The position numbers and the translations under genes are program-made. A stretch of DNA of 64,000 bases from Chitinivibrionales bacterium (GTDB taxonomy: Bacteria; Fibrobacterota; Chitinivibrionia; Chitinivibrionales; WJKA01), in the NCBI GenBank assembly GCA_038247415.1, contig JBBRUX010000006.1:1-64000 (forward strand). Direction: 5' to 3'. Positions 49,133 through 58,913 of this stretch are shown one piece after another; within the stretch, counting starts at the first letter, position 1; each line of letters begins with the position of its first letter. The notes beneath the pieces were generated by a model. That model made no database searches. It had not been told where the DNA came from and worked only from the letters and a program-made list of their open reading frames with translations.

Positions 49133-50144
49133 CCTGGCTTTAATCCTCTGGGGCCTCCTGATTGCACAACCGCTTTTAGGCGCGCCCGGTATTCCGGCAG
49201 AATTGCATCAGTCGATTCTCACCTGTATCGATTTCATTTACAAAGACCAGTTTAAGCTTTCTGACAACGAAGCCAAAAAGATTATTAAGGCATTTCCTGG
49301 ACACCCGGCTGGATATTTTTTTTATGCAGTTTCTCTTGATGCCTGGATGAATTATACGCAATCTTCTTCTAAGGAAGACGAGTTTTATCGCGCATGTGAT
49401 AAAGCAATCGAGGTAGGTGAAGCCCTTCTCGCAAAAGAGCCCGGAAATGCGTGGGCTGAATTTTTTGCGGGAGGCGCAAATGGCTATAAAGGTACCTATG
49501 AGAGTAGATATGAACGGTGGATTACCGCATTTCGCTATGGGTGGAATGGAGTATCGGTTTTAACTTCTGTTGCTAAACAAAACCCCGATCTGATTGATGC
49601 CCAGTACGGGATTGGAGCCTACGAATATTGGCGCAGTGCCATGATGAAAACCATGTGGTGGATGCCCGGGGTTCCAGATAGTAGGGCAGCGGGGATTGAA
49701 CGGCTGAGGCAAGTGCGTCTTAAAGGGGTGTATACTCGACTCTCCGCATCGGCCCAGTTAATTCTAGTCCTGCTTAATGAGAAGCGGTTTGGCGAGGCTG
49801 AGGTGCTCTGCAATGAAATGCTGGCTTTGTATCCAATGTCATTGGCCTTTTCTTTTGGCAAGGCGAATGCGCTCTTGGGTGAAGCTAACTATGCAGGAGC
49901 TGACCCACTCTTTAAAGCGCTTTTGGCAAGAGTAGAATCGGATCCTGCAAGCAATCATTATAACGCAGCATTGTGTAGGGTGTCTCTCGCCAAATCTGCT
50001 TTTATGCAGGGCAAAAAAAACGAGGCGATTGCATATAGCGATCAGGTGCTAGCATGCGCATATGCTGTGGATATCAAAAAGCGTCTCGAAAAAGTGGTTC
50101 TTGAAGTAGTAGAGGTTAAAAAGAAAGCTTTGGCACTGCCTTAA
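49110..50144 (+). CDS. Exported TPR-containing protein
   Basis: Signal peptide from MIRPRV; FPGHPAGYF, NPDLIDAQYGIGAYEYW, TPR-like helices. Confidence 0.7.
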   Translation: MIRPRVNSLALILWGLLIAQPLLGAPGIPAELHQSILTCIDFIYKDQFKLSDNEAKKIIKAFPGHPAGYFFYAVSLDAWMNYTQSSSKEDEFYRACDKAIEVGEALLAKEPGNAWAEFFAGGANGYKGTYESRYERWITAFRYGWNGVSVLTSVAKQNPDLIDAQYGIGAYEYWRSAMMKTMWWMPGVPDSRAAGIERLRQVRLKGVYTRLSASAQLILVLLNEKRFGEAEVLCNEMLALYPMSLAFSFGKANALLGEANYAGADPLFKALLARVESDPASNHYNAALCRVSLAKSAFMQGKKNEAIAYSDQVLACAYAVDIKKRLEKVVLEVVEVKKKALALP

Positions 50145-50268
50145 AAAGCTTCCGGAAATTATCGATTTGGAAGATTCGCCGCAAATGAGCTATATTTATG
50201 CGTGCTTTTTAAGTAGAATTCATCGTTCTTGGTACGAAAATATAACCTTGAAGTCATGGTTTTAAAGT

Positions 50269-50340
50269 GCCGGAATAGCTCAGTGGTAGAGCAGCTGATT
50301 CGTAATCAGCAGGTCGGCGGTTCAAGTCCGCTTTCCGGCT
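50269..50340 (+). tRNA. tRNA-Thr(CGT)
   Basis: Acceptor stem GCCGGAA/TTCCGGC, D arm AGCTCAGTGGTAGAGC, anticodon arm GCTGA-TTCGTAA-TCAGC, GGTTCAAGTCC; CCA not encoded. Confidence 0.97.
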
Positions 50341-50346
50341 TACGTT

Positions 50347-50391
50347 AAACCCTCGAAATCCTGCACATTAAGCGGTTTTGAGGGTTTTTTT
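50347..50391 (+). terminator. Terminator-like hairpin after the tRNA
   Basis: AAACCCTCGAAA...TTTTGAGGGTTT followed by a T-tract. Confidence 0.6.
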
Positions 50392-50403
50392 GTGGAGGAA
50401 AAA

Positions 50404-51369
50404 ATGCGCATATTATCGGGGATTAAGCCTTCGGGGCTTCTGCATGTTGGCAATTATGTAGGCATGATTCGGCCAATGGTAGAATCACAAAAACGGGGAG
50501 AATTGCTCTGCTTTATTGCAGATATGCATAGCCTTACTACGCTTTTTGATGGTACGGCGTTACGGGATAACACGACCAATGCACTGGTCGATCTTATCGC
50601 GCTTGGTATCGATCCTTTGCATTCTGTTCTCTGGGTTCAATCGGATGTTCCTGAAGTGGCTGAGCTTTCGTGGTATTTAAGTAATGTTACGCCTATGGGG
50701 CTTTTAGAGCGCTGCCATGCCTATAAAGATGCGATTGCTCGAAACGTTCCGGCAAATCATGGCATTTTTGCGTACCCGGTTCTCATGGCAGCCGATATTC
50801 TATTATATCAATCAAATGTTGTTCCTGTTGGTAAAGATCAGAAACAGCATGTTGAAGTGACGCGTGATATCGCGATTCGCTTTAATCAGATCTATGGAGA
50901 AACCTTTGTTATTCCTCTTCCAGAAATCGCCTCTGAGGTAGCACTCATTCCGGGGACTGATGGTCAGAAAATGTCGAAATCATATGGCAATATTATCGAA
51001 ATTTTTGGTGAGGAAAAGAGTTTTAAGAAAAAAATCATGGGAATTATCACCGATTCTCTTCCTGTAGAGGCGCCAAAGGATCCCGAAACTTCGACCATTT
51101 TTCAGCTTTACACATTGTTTGCTCCATCTGCTGATACGAGTGCTTTTTCCGATCGGTTACGAGCAGGCGGTATGGGGTACGGAGATGCTAAAAAAGAGCT
51201 TTTTGCGTTAGTATGGGAGTATTTGGCTCCCTTCCGCGCTAAACGAGCACAGCTTGTGCAGAATCAGGATTATATTACAGAAATTCGTCGGCACGGGGCA
51301 GATAAAGCCAGGGCAATGGCGACAAAAACAATTGATCTGGTGCGAAGTCGGCTAGGTATGGGACGATAA
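50404..51369 (+). CDS. trpS: Tryptophan--tRNA ligase
   Basis: SGIKPSG, HVGN, YPVLMAADIL, VPVGKDQKQH, KMSKS; GGAGG RBS. Confidence 0.97.
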   Translation: MRILSGIKPSGLLHVGNYVGMIRPMVESQKRGELLCFIADMHSLTTLFDGTALRDNTTNALVDLIALGIDPLHSVLWVQSDVPEVAELSWYLSNVTPMGLLERCHAYKDAIARNVPANHGIFAYPVLMAADILLYQSNVVPVGKDQKQHVEVTRDIAIRFNQIYGETFVIPLPEIASEVALIPGTDGQKMSKSYGNIIEIFGEEKSFKKKIMGIITDSLPVEAPKDPETSTIFQLYTLFAPSADTSAFSDRLRAGGMGYGDAKKELFALVWEYLAPFRAKRAQLVQNQDYITEIRRHGADKARAMATKTIDLVRSRLGMGR

Positions 51370-51387
51370 AAGCGAGCAGTATTCTTT

Positions 51388-52860
51388 TTAAGAAATCGGC
51401 AACGACGCAGCTCCTGCGCTAAACAGCTCGGTAAAGAGGTCGACGATTGCAGGGTCAAATTGCTTATGCTTGTTTTGTTCAAGAATGGCAATAGCCTTTT
51501 CGATAGGCATAGCTTGACGATACGGTCGATCTGAGGTCATGGCTTCAAACGCATCGCATACTCCAAGAATTCTTGCTCCTATAGGAATATCGTTTCCAGC
51601 AATGCCCTGTGGATATCCGGTGCCATTAAAATATTCGTGATGATGCAGCACCAAGGGAACCAAAGATTTTAAAAACGGGACATCTGCAATAATGCGGGCT
51701 CCAAGCTCGGGGTGTTTTTTAATTTCTTCAAATTCTTCGTCTGTTAATTTCCCGGGTTTATTGAGGATTGCTTCTGCAACGCCAATCTTTCCAATATCGT
51801 GCAATAATCCGGCATATTTAACTTGTTCGATTTCTGCATCGGAGAGACCGAGTTTTTTTGCAAGAACTACGGTGTATTTCATGACATTTTCGGAATGTCC
51901 ATGCGTATACCGATCTTTTGCTTCTACTGCTAATGCAAAGCCACGAATAGTTTTTAAGTAGTTATCCCGAATGTTTTGATAGAGACGGACATTCTCGATA
52001 GCAATAGAAGCTTGAGATGCCAATACATTGATGATCTCAAGATCCAGGTCTGAAAAAGCTGATGATCGTTTAGCCCGGACAAGGGTGAGTATCCCCAGTA
52101 CCCGCTGGGGCGTGCGTAATGCAAAAATAATCAATGAGTCAACTTCGGGTGGAATATACGGCGAAAAGGTTTGATCTGCTTCTGCTGATGGCCACAAAAG
52201 AGGAGAATCGGTTTTTAAGAGGAGCATACAGAGATGCTTGATAGTTTCGCGTTCGTAAAAATCGGGACTAAATTGAGTTCCTGCATATTCTTTCAAGTAA
52301 AGATCGTGGCCATTGTTTTCGAAAAATGAAAGTGCACCACCATCGGCTTTAATAAGCTTGACACAATAATCGAGAAATGTTTGATTGAGTGCATTGGGAT
52401 CGTGGGTTGAAGCAAGCACACGTGTCACTTCGTGAAGCGATACCAGATTAGAGAAGAGAATGTTTTCTTCTTCGAGCTTGCGACTCAGGAGGGCACGCTT
52501 GATTTTTTCGCCAATTTCTTCGAGGTGGAAGGGCTTGGTAAGATAGTCGTACGCACCTAGTTTTAATGCTTCTATGGCTGTGTCAAGAGTTGGGAACCCG
52601 GTACTTAAGATGACGGGAAGCTGCTTGTTTCGTTCTTTAATCCATTTAATAAGATCGACACCCGAAAGCCCGGGCATTTTTATGTCCGTTAACACCATAT
52701 CAACAGGACTCGTGCCCATGATATCGATTGCATCTTCTGCGCAACGCGCAACAAGTGTTTTGTAACCTTGACGTTTAAGATATTGATTCAGGATGTCGCA
52801 GATAGATTTTTCATCGTCGACAATAAGGACGGTAGTATTTTCATTTTTTGATATATGCAT
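51388..52860 (-). CDS. Response regulator with REC-GAF-HD-GYP domains (cyclic di-GMP phosphodiesterase-like)
   Basis: IVDDE, TDIKMPG, YLTKPF; GAF end LASQASIAIEN; KDRYTHGHS, HDIGK, HHEYFNGTGYP. Confidence 0.9.
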   Translation of the reverse strand: MHISKNENTTVLIVDDEKSICDILNQYLKRQGYKTLVARCAEDAIDIMGTSPVDMVLTDIKMPGLSGVDLIKWIKERNKQLPVILSTGFPTLDTAIEALKLGAYDYLTKPFHLEEIGEKIKRALLSRKLEEENILFSNLVSLHEVTRVLASTHDPNALNQTFLDYCVKLIKADGGALSFFENNGHDLYLKEYAGTQFSPDFYERETIKHLCMLLLKTDSPLLWPSAEADQTFSPYIPPEVDSLIIFALRTPQRVLGILTLVRAKRSSAFSDLDLEIINVLASQASIAIENVRLYQNIRDNYLKTIRGFALAVEAKDRYTHGHSENVMKYTVVLAKKLGLSDAEIEQVKYAGLLHDIGKIGVAEAILNKPGKLTDEEFEEIKKHPELGARIIADVPFLKSLVPLVLHHHEYFNGTGYPQGIAGNDIPIGARILGVCDAFEAMTSDRPYRQAMPIEKAIAILEQNKHKQFDPAIVDLFTELFSAGAASLPIS

Positions 52861-52879
52861 GCGTGCCTGCTTACAATTT

Positions 52880-53614
52880 TCATGGGGTGTCTCCGATGAT
52901 CTGCTTAAATCGTTCCAGATCTTCGGGAGTGTCGACACCAATAGACGGATACGATCGAATTAAACAACGAATTCGCATCCCATGCTCTAACGCGCGTAGT
53001 TGCTCCAAACATTCTGCTTTTTCGAGTATTCCTTGCGGAAGTGAGCAGAAATGCAAGAGGCTTTCTTTAGAAAACCCGTATAAACCAGCATGTCGATACA
53101 TCGATGGCAAACTCGAGCTTCTATCGTAAGGAATAGGGCATCGAGAAAAGTATAATGCATCGTTATTCCTGGCTAAAACAGCCTTTACCACATTAGGATT
53201 TACGATCTCTTCTATTGTAGCATGCGAGACTATGGTAAGCAAGTAATTTGTCGGTAACGTTGCAAGTTCTTGGGAAAAATCTTTAAGCAAGGAACTCGAA
53301 ACCATGGGTTCATCGCCTTGGAGATTCACTACATGTGTGATGTCGAGCTCTGCGCATGCTTGTGCAACTCTATCTGTTCCGCTTTGATGGAATGATGACG
53401 TCATGATTACAGCACCCCCATGCGATTCTACGGCATCTTTAATACGGAGGTCATCGGTAGCAACCGCAACGTTGCAGAAAACGCCCGAATCTAAAGCATT
53501 GTTTACCGCCCACATAATGAGCGGAATGCCCTTAACCACAACAAGCGGCTTGCCTGGAAAACGAGTTGATGCATAGCGGGCCGGAATAATACAGGCTATA
53601 CGCGGTGATTGCAT
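52880..53614 (-). CDS. kdsB: 3-deoxy-manno-octulosonate cytidylyltransferase
   Basis: IIPARYASTRFPGKPL, SGTDR, NLQGDEP, ALYFSR, LEQLRAL, VDTPEDL. Confidence 0.96.
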   Translation of the reverse strand: MQSPRIACIIPARYASTRFPGKPLVVVKGIPLIMWAVNNALDSGVFCNVAVATDDLRIKDAVESHGGAVIMTSSFHQSGTDRVAQACAELDITHVVNLQGDEPMVSSSLLKDFSQELATLPTNYLLTIVSHATIEEIVNPNVVKAVLARNNDALYFSRCPIPYDRSSSLPSMYRHAGLYGFSKESLLHFCSLPQGILEKAECLEQLRALEHGMRIRCLIRSYPSIGVDTPEDLERFKQIIGDTP

Positions 53615-53618
53615 ATGC

Positions 53619-53903
53619 TTATCCGATAACGCGAGGGATTGCAAAGTGATTGTGGCGAATGTCTGGGCCATTGGCAAGCGCTATTTCTTGCGGAAGCGAC
53701 GGACTAACCGTATCTGGTCGAGTGGGATCGTAATCGGGGGTGACATAGCACGTCGGTTCGATATGTGTGGTATCGATTGATCCGAGTGCGTCGATATGTG
53801 TCAGGATAGCATTCAAATGGGAGAGCATCGCATCTTTTTCTGCAAGGGAAAGATCGATTCTCGCCAGAGCGGCAATATGGTCTACTGTTTTTTTGTCAAT
53901 CAT
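53619..53903 (-). CDS. gatC: Asp/Glu-tRNA amidotransferase subunit C
   Basis: VDHIAALARI, IDTTHIEPT, ALANGP, FAIPRVI. Confidence 0.92.
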   Translation of the reverse strand: MIDKKTVDHIAALARIDLSLAEKDAMLSHLNAILTHIDALGSIDTTHIEPTCYVTPDYDPTRPDTVSPSLPQEIALANGPDIRHNHFAIPRVIG

Positions 53904-54046
53904 ATATAATCTTTCTGGCTAAAAAGTATACGCATCAAAAAGATACATAAAATACATCAATTAGAGCTCGATGACTGTTTCGTTGTATTTTTAGCTTAGA
54001 AGTGAATTAATTGCATCCGTTACATTATAGGAAAGCGTGGATACTA

Positions 54047-55456
54047 TTGAAAGTCATCCTTTTTCATCCTCGTGGTAGGGCATGGGCTCCAAAAGGGCGC
54101 GATATTCATGCTGTTGCATGCGTGATGGCCCCTATAGGTATTGCATCTATTGGCGCAGTAGTGCGAAATGCTGGCCATGAGGTCGTGATGATGGATGGTG
54201 CCCTCGACTTTTATTGTTCGAATCAAGAATGGGCCCAGCGCATTTATAAAGAAAAACCAGATTTTGTTGGTTTTTCTGCTACCACGCTCGGTTTTTTAGA
54301 TGCCTATGACGTGTGTTCTAAAGTTAAGCAGCTAGAAAGCTCCATTAAAACTGTATTTGGTGGGGTTCATGTTTCCTGGGGTAAAAATAAAATCATCGAG
54401 GATTATCCTTTGATAGATTACGTAATTGACGGAGAAGGAGAGTACGCATTTCGGGATCTTTTAGCCACGCAGGGCAAAACTCCCGTTCCAAGCGTGTATT
54501 CTCAAAGCTTTCCGACTTTTTCTACACAAACGTCGTACCTTCAATGTGAAATGGATGATCTTCCTTTTCCTGCCTATGACCTTGTGGCAGGCTTTCCAAA
54601 GCGGTATCAGATGCCGCTGTTTGGATATCCCAAACATCCCGGGGCCGTCATCATCTCTTCACGAGGATGTGTATATCGATGCACCTATTGTGACCGTTCG
54701 GTATTTCACAAGAGTTTTAGATTCAATTCTCCGGAGTATACTTTTGAGCAGATGAAATGGCTCAGCAAAGACTTTGGCGTTCGGCATATCAATTTTTATG
54801 ATGACCTCTTTACTCTTAATAGAGAACGTGTTGCGAAGCTTTGTGCGCTCATAACTGAACAAAAAATCAACATGTCGTTTAATTGCATCGTACGAGTTGG
54901 ACATATCGATAATGAGCTGTTGAAAATGCTAAAAAAAGCTGGGTGCTGGATGGTTCATGTCGGGATCGAGTCGGGGGATCAAAAACTTTTAGATATTCAC
55001 AAAGCTGGGGTGACCATCGAACAGATTAAAAACGATGTTACTCGAGTTGCGGCTGCAGGCTTATGGGTTAAGGGACTCTTTATGATTGGGATTCCCGGAG
55101 AAAACGAAGAATCGATGATTAGAACGAGAAAGTTTGCCATGACATTACCCCTTAAAGACGCCAATATAACAGCGTTTACTCCTTTCCCCGGAGCTCCTAT
55201 TAGTCAAACAATTCATGAACTGGGAACGCTCGATAATGATTGGTCTAAAATGGATTGCGAAAATGTTGTGTTTGTTTCGCATGAAGCCCAATCTAAAGAA
55301 GTTATCGAACGCAATCGAAATGCATTTATCAAAGAGTTTTACGAACGGAAATATATGCGTCGGATATACCGCACCATGATGGTGCAGTCCCCTCATAGCT
55401 ATTGGCGCTTGATCAAACATGCAGGATCATTTCTGCGTTATGCTCGCTCAATGTAA
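54047..55456 (+). CDS. B12-binding-domain radical SAM protein
   Basis: PIGIASIGA, FGGVHVS, GEGE, SRGCVYRCTYC, GIESG, TPFPG; start uncertain (54011 or 54047). Confidence 0.9.
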   Translation: MKVILFHPRGRAWAPKGRDIHAVACVMAPIGIASIGAVVRNAGHEVVMMDGALDFYCSNQEWAQRIYKEKPDFVGFSATTLGFLDAYDVCSKVKQLESSIKTVFGGVHVSWGKNKIIEDYPLIDYVIDGEGEYAFRDLLATQGKTPVPSVYSQSFPTFSTQTSYLQCEMDDLPFPAYDLVAGFPKRYQMPLFGYPKHPGAVIISSRGCVYRCTYCDRSVFHKSFRFNSPEYTFEQMKWLSKDFGVRHINFYDDLFTLNRERVAKLCALITEQKINMSFNCIVRVGHIDNELLKMLKKAGCWMVHVGIESGDQKLLDIHKAGVTIEQIKNDVTRVAAAGLWVKGLFMIGIPGENEESMIRTRKFAMTLPLKDANITAFTPFPGAPISQTIHELGTLDNDWSKMDCENVVFVSHEAQSKEVIERNRNAFIKEFYERKYMRRIYRTMMVQSPHSYWRLIKHAGSFLRYARSM

Positions 55457-55479
55457 ATAATTAATGCGTATAGTGGAGA

Positions 55480-56262
55480 TTAGAGCCGCTTGTAGATACG
55501 CGTGATGCTTGACGCTTTGTGCGTTGCATCATCGATATCAATGTGTACAGCATTAAGCATGGGGCCTTCTTCGGAGGGCTCGTAGCGTACATGCGTTTGG
55601 AAAATAAATTTTTTAACCACCTGCTCATATTTCATGCCGATTGCCGATTTTTCGGGGCCTGTCATGCCAACATCGGTAATGTAGGCAGTTCCACGATCGG
55701 TGATTTGTTCGTCGGAAGTTTGCACATGCGTATGGGTGCCAACGAGTGCGCTTATTCTCCCGTCAACGTGGGCGAGCATAGCCTTTTTTTCTGCTGTTGC
55801 TTCTGCATGAAAATCGAGCAGAAGCGGGTAATTATGGGGAGCCGCTTCGGTAAGTAAAGAATCAAACGTACGAAACGGGCAATCGTAATGATCGTTCATG
55901 TAGGTTCTTCCAATGAGATTCATGACGCCAAGTTTGCGGCCATCAGAAAGCTGGTATACACAAAATCCTTTTCCAATGTTGCCCAGTGGAATGTTTGCAG
56001 GACGCAAGAGATAGGGGTCTATTACAAAATCGGAATACGCATCGGCCTGCACCAGAGAATGATTTCCGCCCGTTATAATGGGAATTCCAATAATGCGAAG
56101 TTTGCGGATTATAGCATGTGTTAAGCCACGGCCGCCTGCAGCATTTTCTCCATTTGCAATAATGCAATCAACGGGAATTTCTTTGCAGAGGCCGGGGAGG
56201 GTATCGGCAAGAATTCTCTTGCCGATACTTCCAAAGATATCACCAATAAAAAGAAGTCGCAT
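55480..56262 (-). CDS. ymdB: YmdB-like metallophosphoesterase (TIGR00282)
   Basis: FIGDIFG, NGENAAGG, TGGNH, DFHAEATAEK, GTHTHV, DVGMTGP; follows rny. Confidence 0.93.
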   Translation of the reverse strand: MRLLFIGDIFGSIGKRILADTLPGLCKEIPVDCIIANGENAAGGRGLTHAIIRKLRIIGIPIITGGNHSLVQADAYSDFVIDPYLLRPANIPLGNIGKGFCVYQLSDGRKLGVMNLIGRTYMNDHYDCPFRTFDSLLTEAAPHNYPLLLDFHAEATAEKKAMLAHVDGRISALVGTHTHVQTSDEQITDRGTAYITDVGMTGPEKSAIGMKYEQVVKKFIFQTHVRYEPSEEGPMLNAVHIDIDDATHKASSITRIYKRL

Positions 56263-56269
56263 GAAGGAT

Positions 56270-57850
56270 TTATTTCGCGTACTGGGTATAGCGGCTCTCG
56301 CGTATAACAGCAACCTTAATTTGACCGGGATATTCCATTTCATCCTGGATCTTTTGAGCAATTTGTGCCGACATTTCCTCTGCTTGGGCATCGTTGACAT
56401 TATCGGGTTCCACCATAACACGAATTTCCCGACCAGCCTGAATAACATACGATTTACTAACACCTCGAAATGAATCGGCAATTTCTTCGAGTTTTGTAAG
56501 TCTGCTTACATAATTTGTAAGCGTTTCGCGACGAACACCCGGTCTTGTTGACGAAATAGTATCGGCGGCTTGAACAAGAATCGGGTACACCGAAATTGCA
56601 GGAACATCATCATGATGTGCTGCTATCGCATTGCAAATGATTTCATTTTCGCCGTTTTTAAAGGCCAAATCGGCACCAAGTTGAGAGTGGGTTCCCTCTG
56701 TTTCACGATCGATAGATTTGCCAATATCGTGCAAGAGACCTGCTCTAATGGCAGTTTTAGGATCGAGTCCGAGTTCGCTTGCCATGAGTCCTGCAAGCAT
56801 AGCCACTTCCTTGCTGTGCTGGAGCACATTTTGGCCATAGGATGCACGGTACTTGAGCCTTCCAAGGAGTTCGATAATTTTCGGTTTGATACCGTGAACG
56901 TCAAGGTCTAGAACTGCTTCTTCGGCTGCATCCTTCATTATCTTATCAAGTTCTTTTTCACTTTTTTTAATGAGTTCTTCGATGCGTCCTGGGTGGATAC
57001 GACCATCCACAATGAGCTTTTCGAGCGCAAGCCGAGCAATTTCTCGACGAATTGGATCGAAGCCCGAAAGGATAACGGCCTCTGGTGTGTCGTCGACAAT
57101 AACATCGATACCCGTAGCCTCCTCGAATGCACGAATGTTTCTTCCTTCTCGACCAATGATTCTACCCTTCATTTCATCGCTGGGCAAATGGACTACCGAA
57201 ACAGTAGATTCGACTGTGGTATCTGCGGCACAACGTTGAATAGCTTGTAGAATAATTTCTTTTGATTCCTTTTCGGCTTCTTCCTTGGCAGCATCCTTCA
57301 TGTCTTTTATCATTTGTGCGCACTCATAGCGTACTTGGCCTTCGAGATTTTTAAGGAGAAGTTTTTTGGCTTCTTCAACGCTCATTTGAGACATTTTTTC
57401 GAGCTTATTGTTTTCTAGCGCAATAAGCTTCGTGAGCTCGTTATCTTTTGTGCGTAATGTGGCTTCCTTTGAATTAAGAAAGCTTTCCCGAGCAGTATAT
57501 TCTGTTTCGCGTTTAGCAAGCACTTCGTCGCGTCTGTTGAGTTCTGTTTCAAGATCTTTTGCTTGCTGCAGTTCCTGGCGAATTGCTTCTTTTTTCTTTG
57601 CGGCATCACGTTCAAATTCGGTTTTTGCTTTGAACCACTCATCTTTAGCTTCCAGAATAGCGGTCTTCTTTTGTAGCTCTGCCTCTTTGGCACTTTCCCT
57701 GATGATGCGTTCTGCTTCGTTCTGAGCATCAGAGATTTTTCGTTCGTGGTAAGATTTATCGACGATTGATCGCCAAAAGTAGCCAAGCGCTGACATGGCA
57801 ATAGCGATACCAATGCAGATAGCAACAAGAATAAACGGATTTATCAACAT
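56270..57850 (-). CDS. rny: Ribonuclease Y
   Basis: N-terminal TM, coiled coil, KH MKGRIIGREGRNIR, HD LLHDIGK; GGAGG RBS. Confidence 0.97.
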   Translation of the reverse strand: MLINPFILVAICIGIAIAMSALGYFWRSIVDKSYHERKISDAQNEAERIIRESAKEAELQKKTAILEAKDEWFKAKTEFERDAAKKKEAIRQELQQAKDLETELNRRDEVLAKRETEYTARESFLNSKEATLRTKDNELTKLIALENNKLEKMSQMSVEEAKKLLLKNLEGQVRYECAQMIKDMKDAAKEEAEKESKEIILQAIQRCAADTTVESTVSVVHLPSDEMKGRIIGREGRNIRAFEEATGIDVIVDDTPEAVILSGFDPIRREIARLALEKLIVDGRIHPGRIEELIKKSEKELDKIMKDAAEEAVLDLDVHGIKPKIIELLGRLKYRASYGQNVLQHSKEVAMLAGLMASELGLDPKTAIRAGLLHDIGKSIDRETEGTHSQLGADLAFKNGENEIICNAIAAHHDDVPAISVYPILVQAADTISSTRPGVRRETLTNYVSRLTKLEEIADSFRGVSKSYVIQAGREIRVMVEPDNVNDAQAEEMSAQIAQKIQDEMEYPGQIKVAVIRESRYTQYAK

Positions 57851-58030
57851 GAGTCCTCCAAACAAGGTGTAAAATAGGCAGAATACAACGTGTCAAAGCA
57901 GATAGCTTTGTTATTTAGAATCAAATACAGTAGTACACTACAATACAATTGAATCAATCATGGATGGGGCATCCCCAGGGGGATCAAAATAAGAGCAGCA
58001 TAGACTAGTGGGAAAACAACAAAAGTGGTA

Positions 58031-58333
58031 TTACAGAGATAACTGAGAATCAATCCGACGAGAAATTCTCTCGGCAATTTCAGTTAGTTCACGTGTCATG
58101 TGGCGATTCGTTTCAGATTCTTTTTTCGCCTCGAAATACTCACCTGTAATATTCATTGCAGAAAGCACTGCAACTTTTACTTTATCACGCGAAACAGTAT
58201 GTTTTTGCGTTTCGGCTATTTTGAGGCCGACGTAATCGGCCACCCGTTTTGTTGTTTCCTGATCTACATCACTCTTAACAGTATATTCGTCCCCAAAAAT
58301 CCAGACGCGTATACCCTCATCCATATGTGCCAT
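58031..58333 (-). CDS. zapA: Cell division protein ZapA
   Basis: VWIFGDEYTVK, VADYV, KVAVLSAMNI; canonical zapA-rny synteny. Confidence 0.88.
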   Translation of the reverse strand: MAHMDEGIRVWIFGDEYTVKSDVDQETTKRVADYVGLKIAETQKHTVSRDKVKVAVLSAMNITGEYFEAKKESETNRHMTRELTEIAERISRRIDSQLSL

Positions 58334-58367
58334 ACATCTCCCGCCCAAAGGCGTTTCTTGCCGTGAA

Positions 58368-58631
58368 TCAGGATGCAAAATCTAGTTTTTTAAGCATTTC
58401 CTGAATCTTTTCAGCAGCAAGGTCAAGCTTCATCTGACGATCGTCGTTGCTGGATTGAATACTACTAAAATCGGTTCTCAGTGTCTGAATTTGACCTTCC
58501 AGCTCCGAAATATGATTGTTTTTATTCTGCAATTCTTGGTTTAATTTGTCAATATCAATTTTTTTGGCGTTGAATGCGCCTATTAATTGCTCTACTTTAG
58601 TTTCCAATTCAGCTAAAAATTCTATCGACAA
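58368..58631 (-). CDS. ZapB-like coiled-coil protein
   Basis: LAELETKVEQLI...KIQEMLKKL all-helical pattern upstream of zapA; TTG start after GGAG. Confidence 0.7.
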   Translation of the reverse strand: MSIEFLAELETKVEQLIGAFNAKKIDIDKLNQELQNKNNHISELEGQIQTLRTDFSSIQSSNDDRQMKLDLAAEKIQEMLKKLDFAS

Positions 58632-58913
58632 ATCCAATCTCCTTTGAATGTATATGTAAAAATTGTAAAATGAGAGTTTGAATAAAAAGACTTTCTGCAT
58701 CTATCTAAAAATAAACCACTTAAAAAATAAATATAAACCATTGCATAGGGCGAAGCAATCAAGCAAGGTAGTTGGTACTGAGGTGAGGTGGAATTTTCTT
58801 TTAAGCTTTTCTAGAATTTTTTAATTCCCTATGTTACCGTAATAGTGTATAAAGTACGCTAATAATAGCTTGCTTCTAGCAGGATGCATATAAATAGCTA
58901 TGGATGAGGGCAC

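Noticed and set aside
50269..50400. tRNA-Thr as the integration site of an island
   Set aside because: No integrase and no duplicated tRNA 3' end seen; trpS follows directly
57851..58030. 6S RNA in the 180-bp zapA-rny spacer, a common ssrS position
   Set aside because: Only short local hairpins are visible, not the long rod with a central bubble; an Infernal search with the 6S model would settle it
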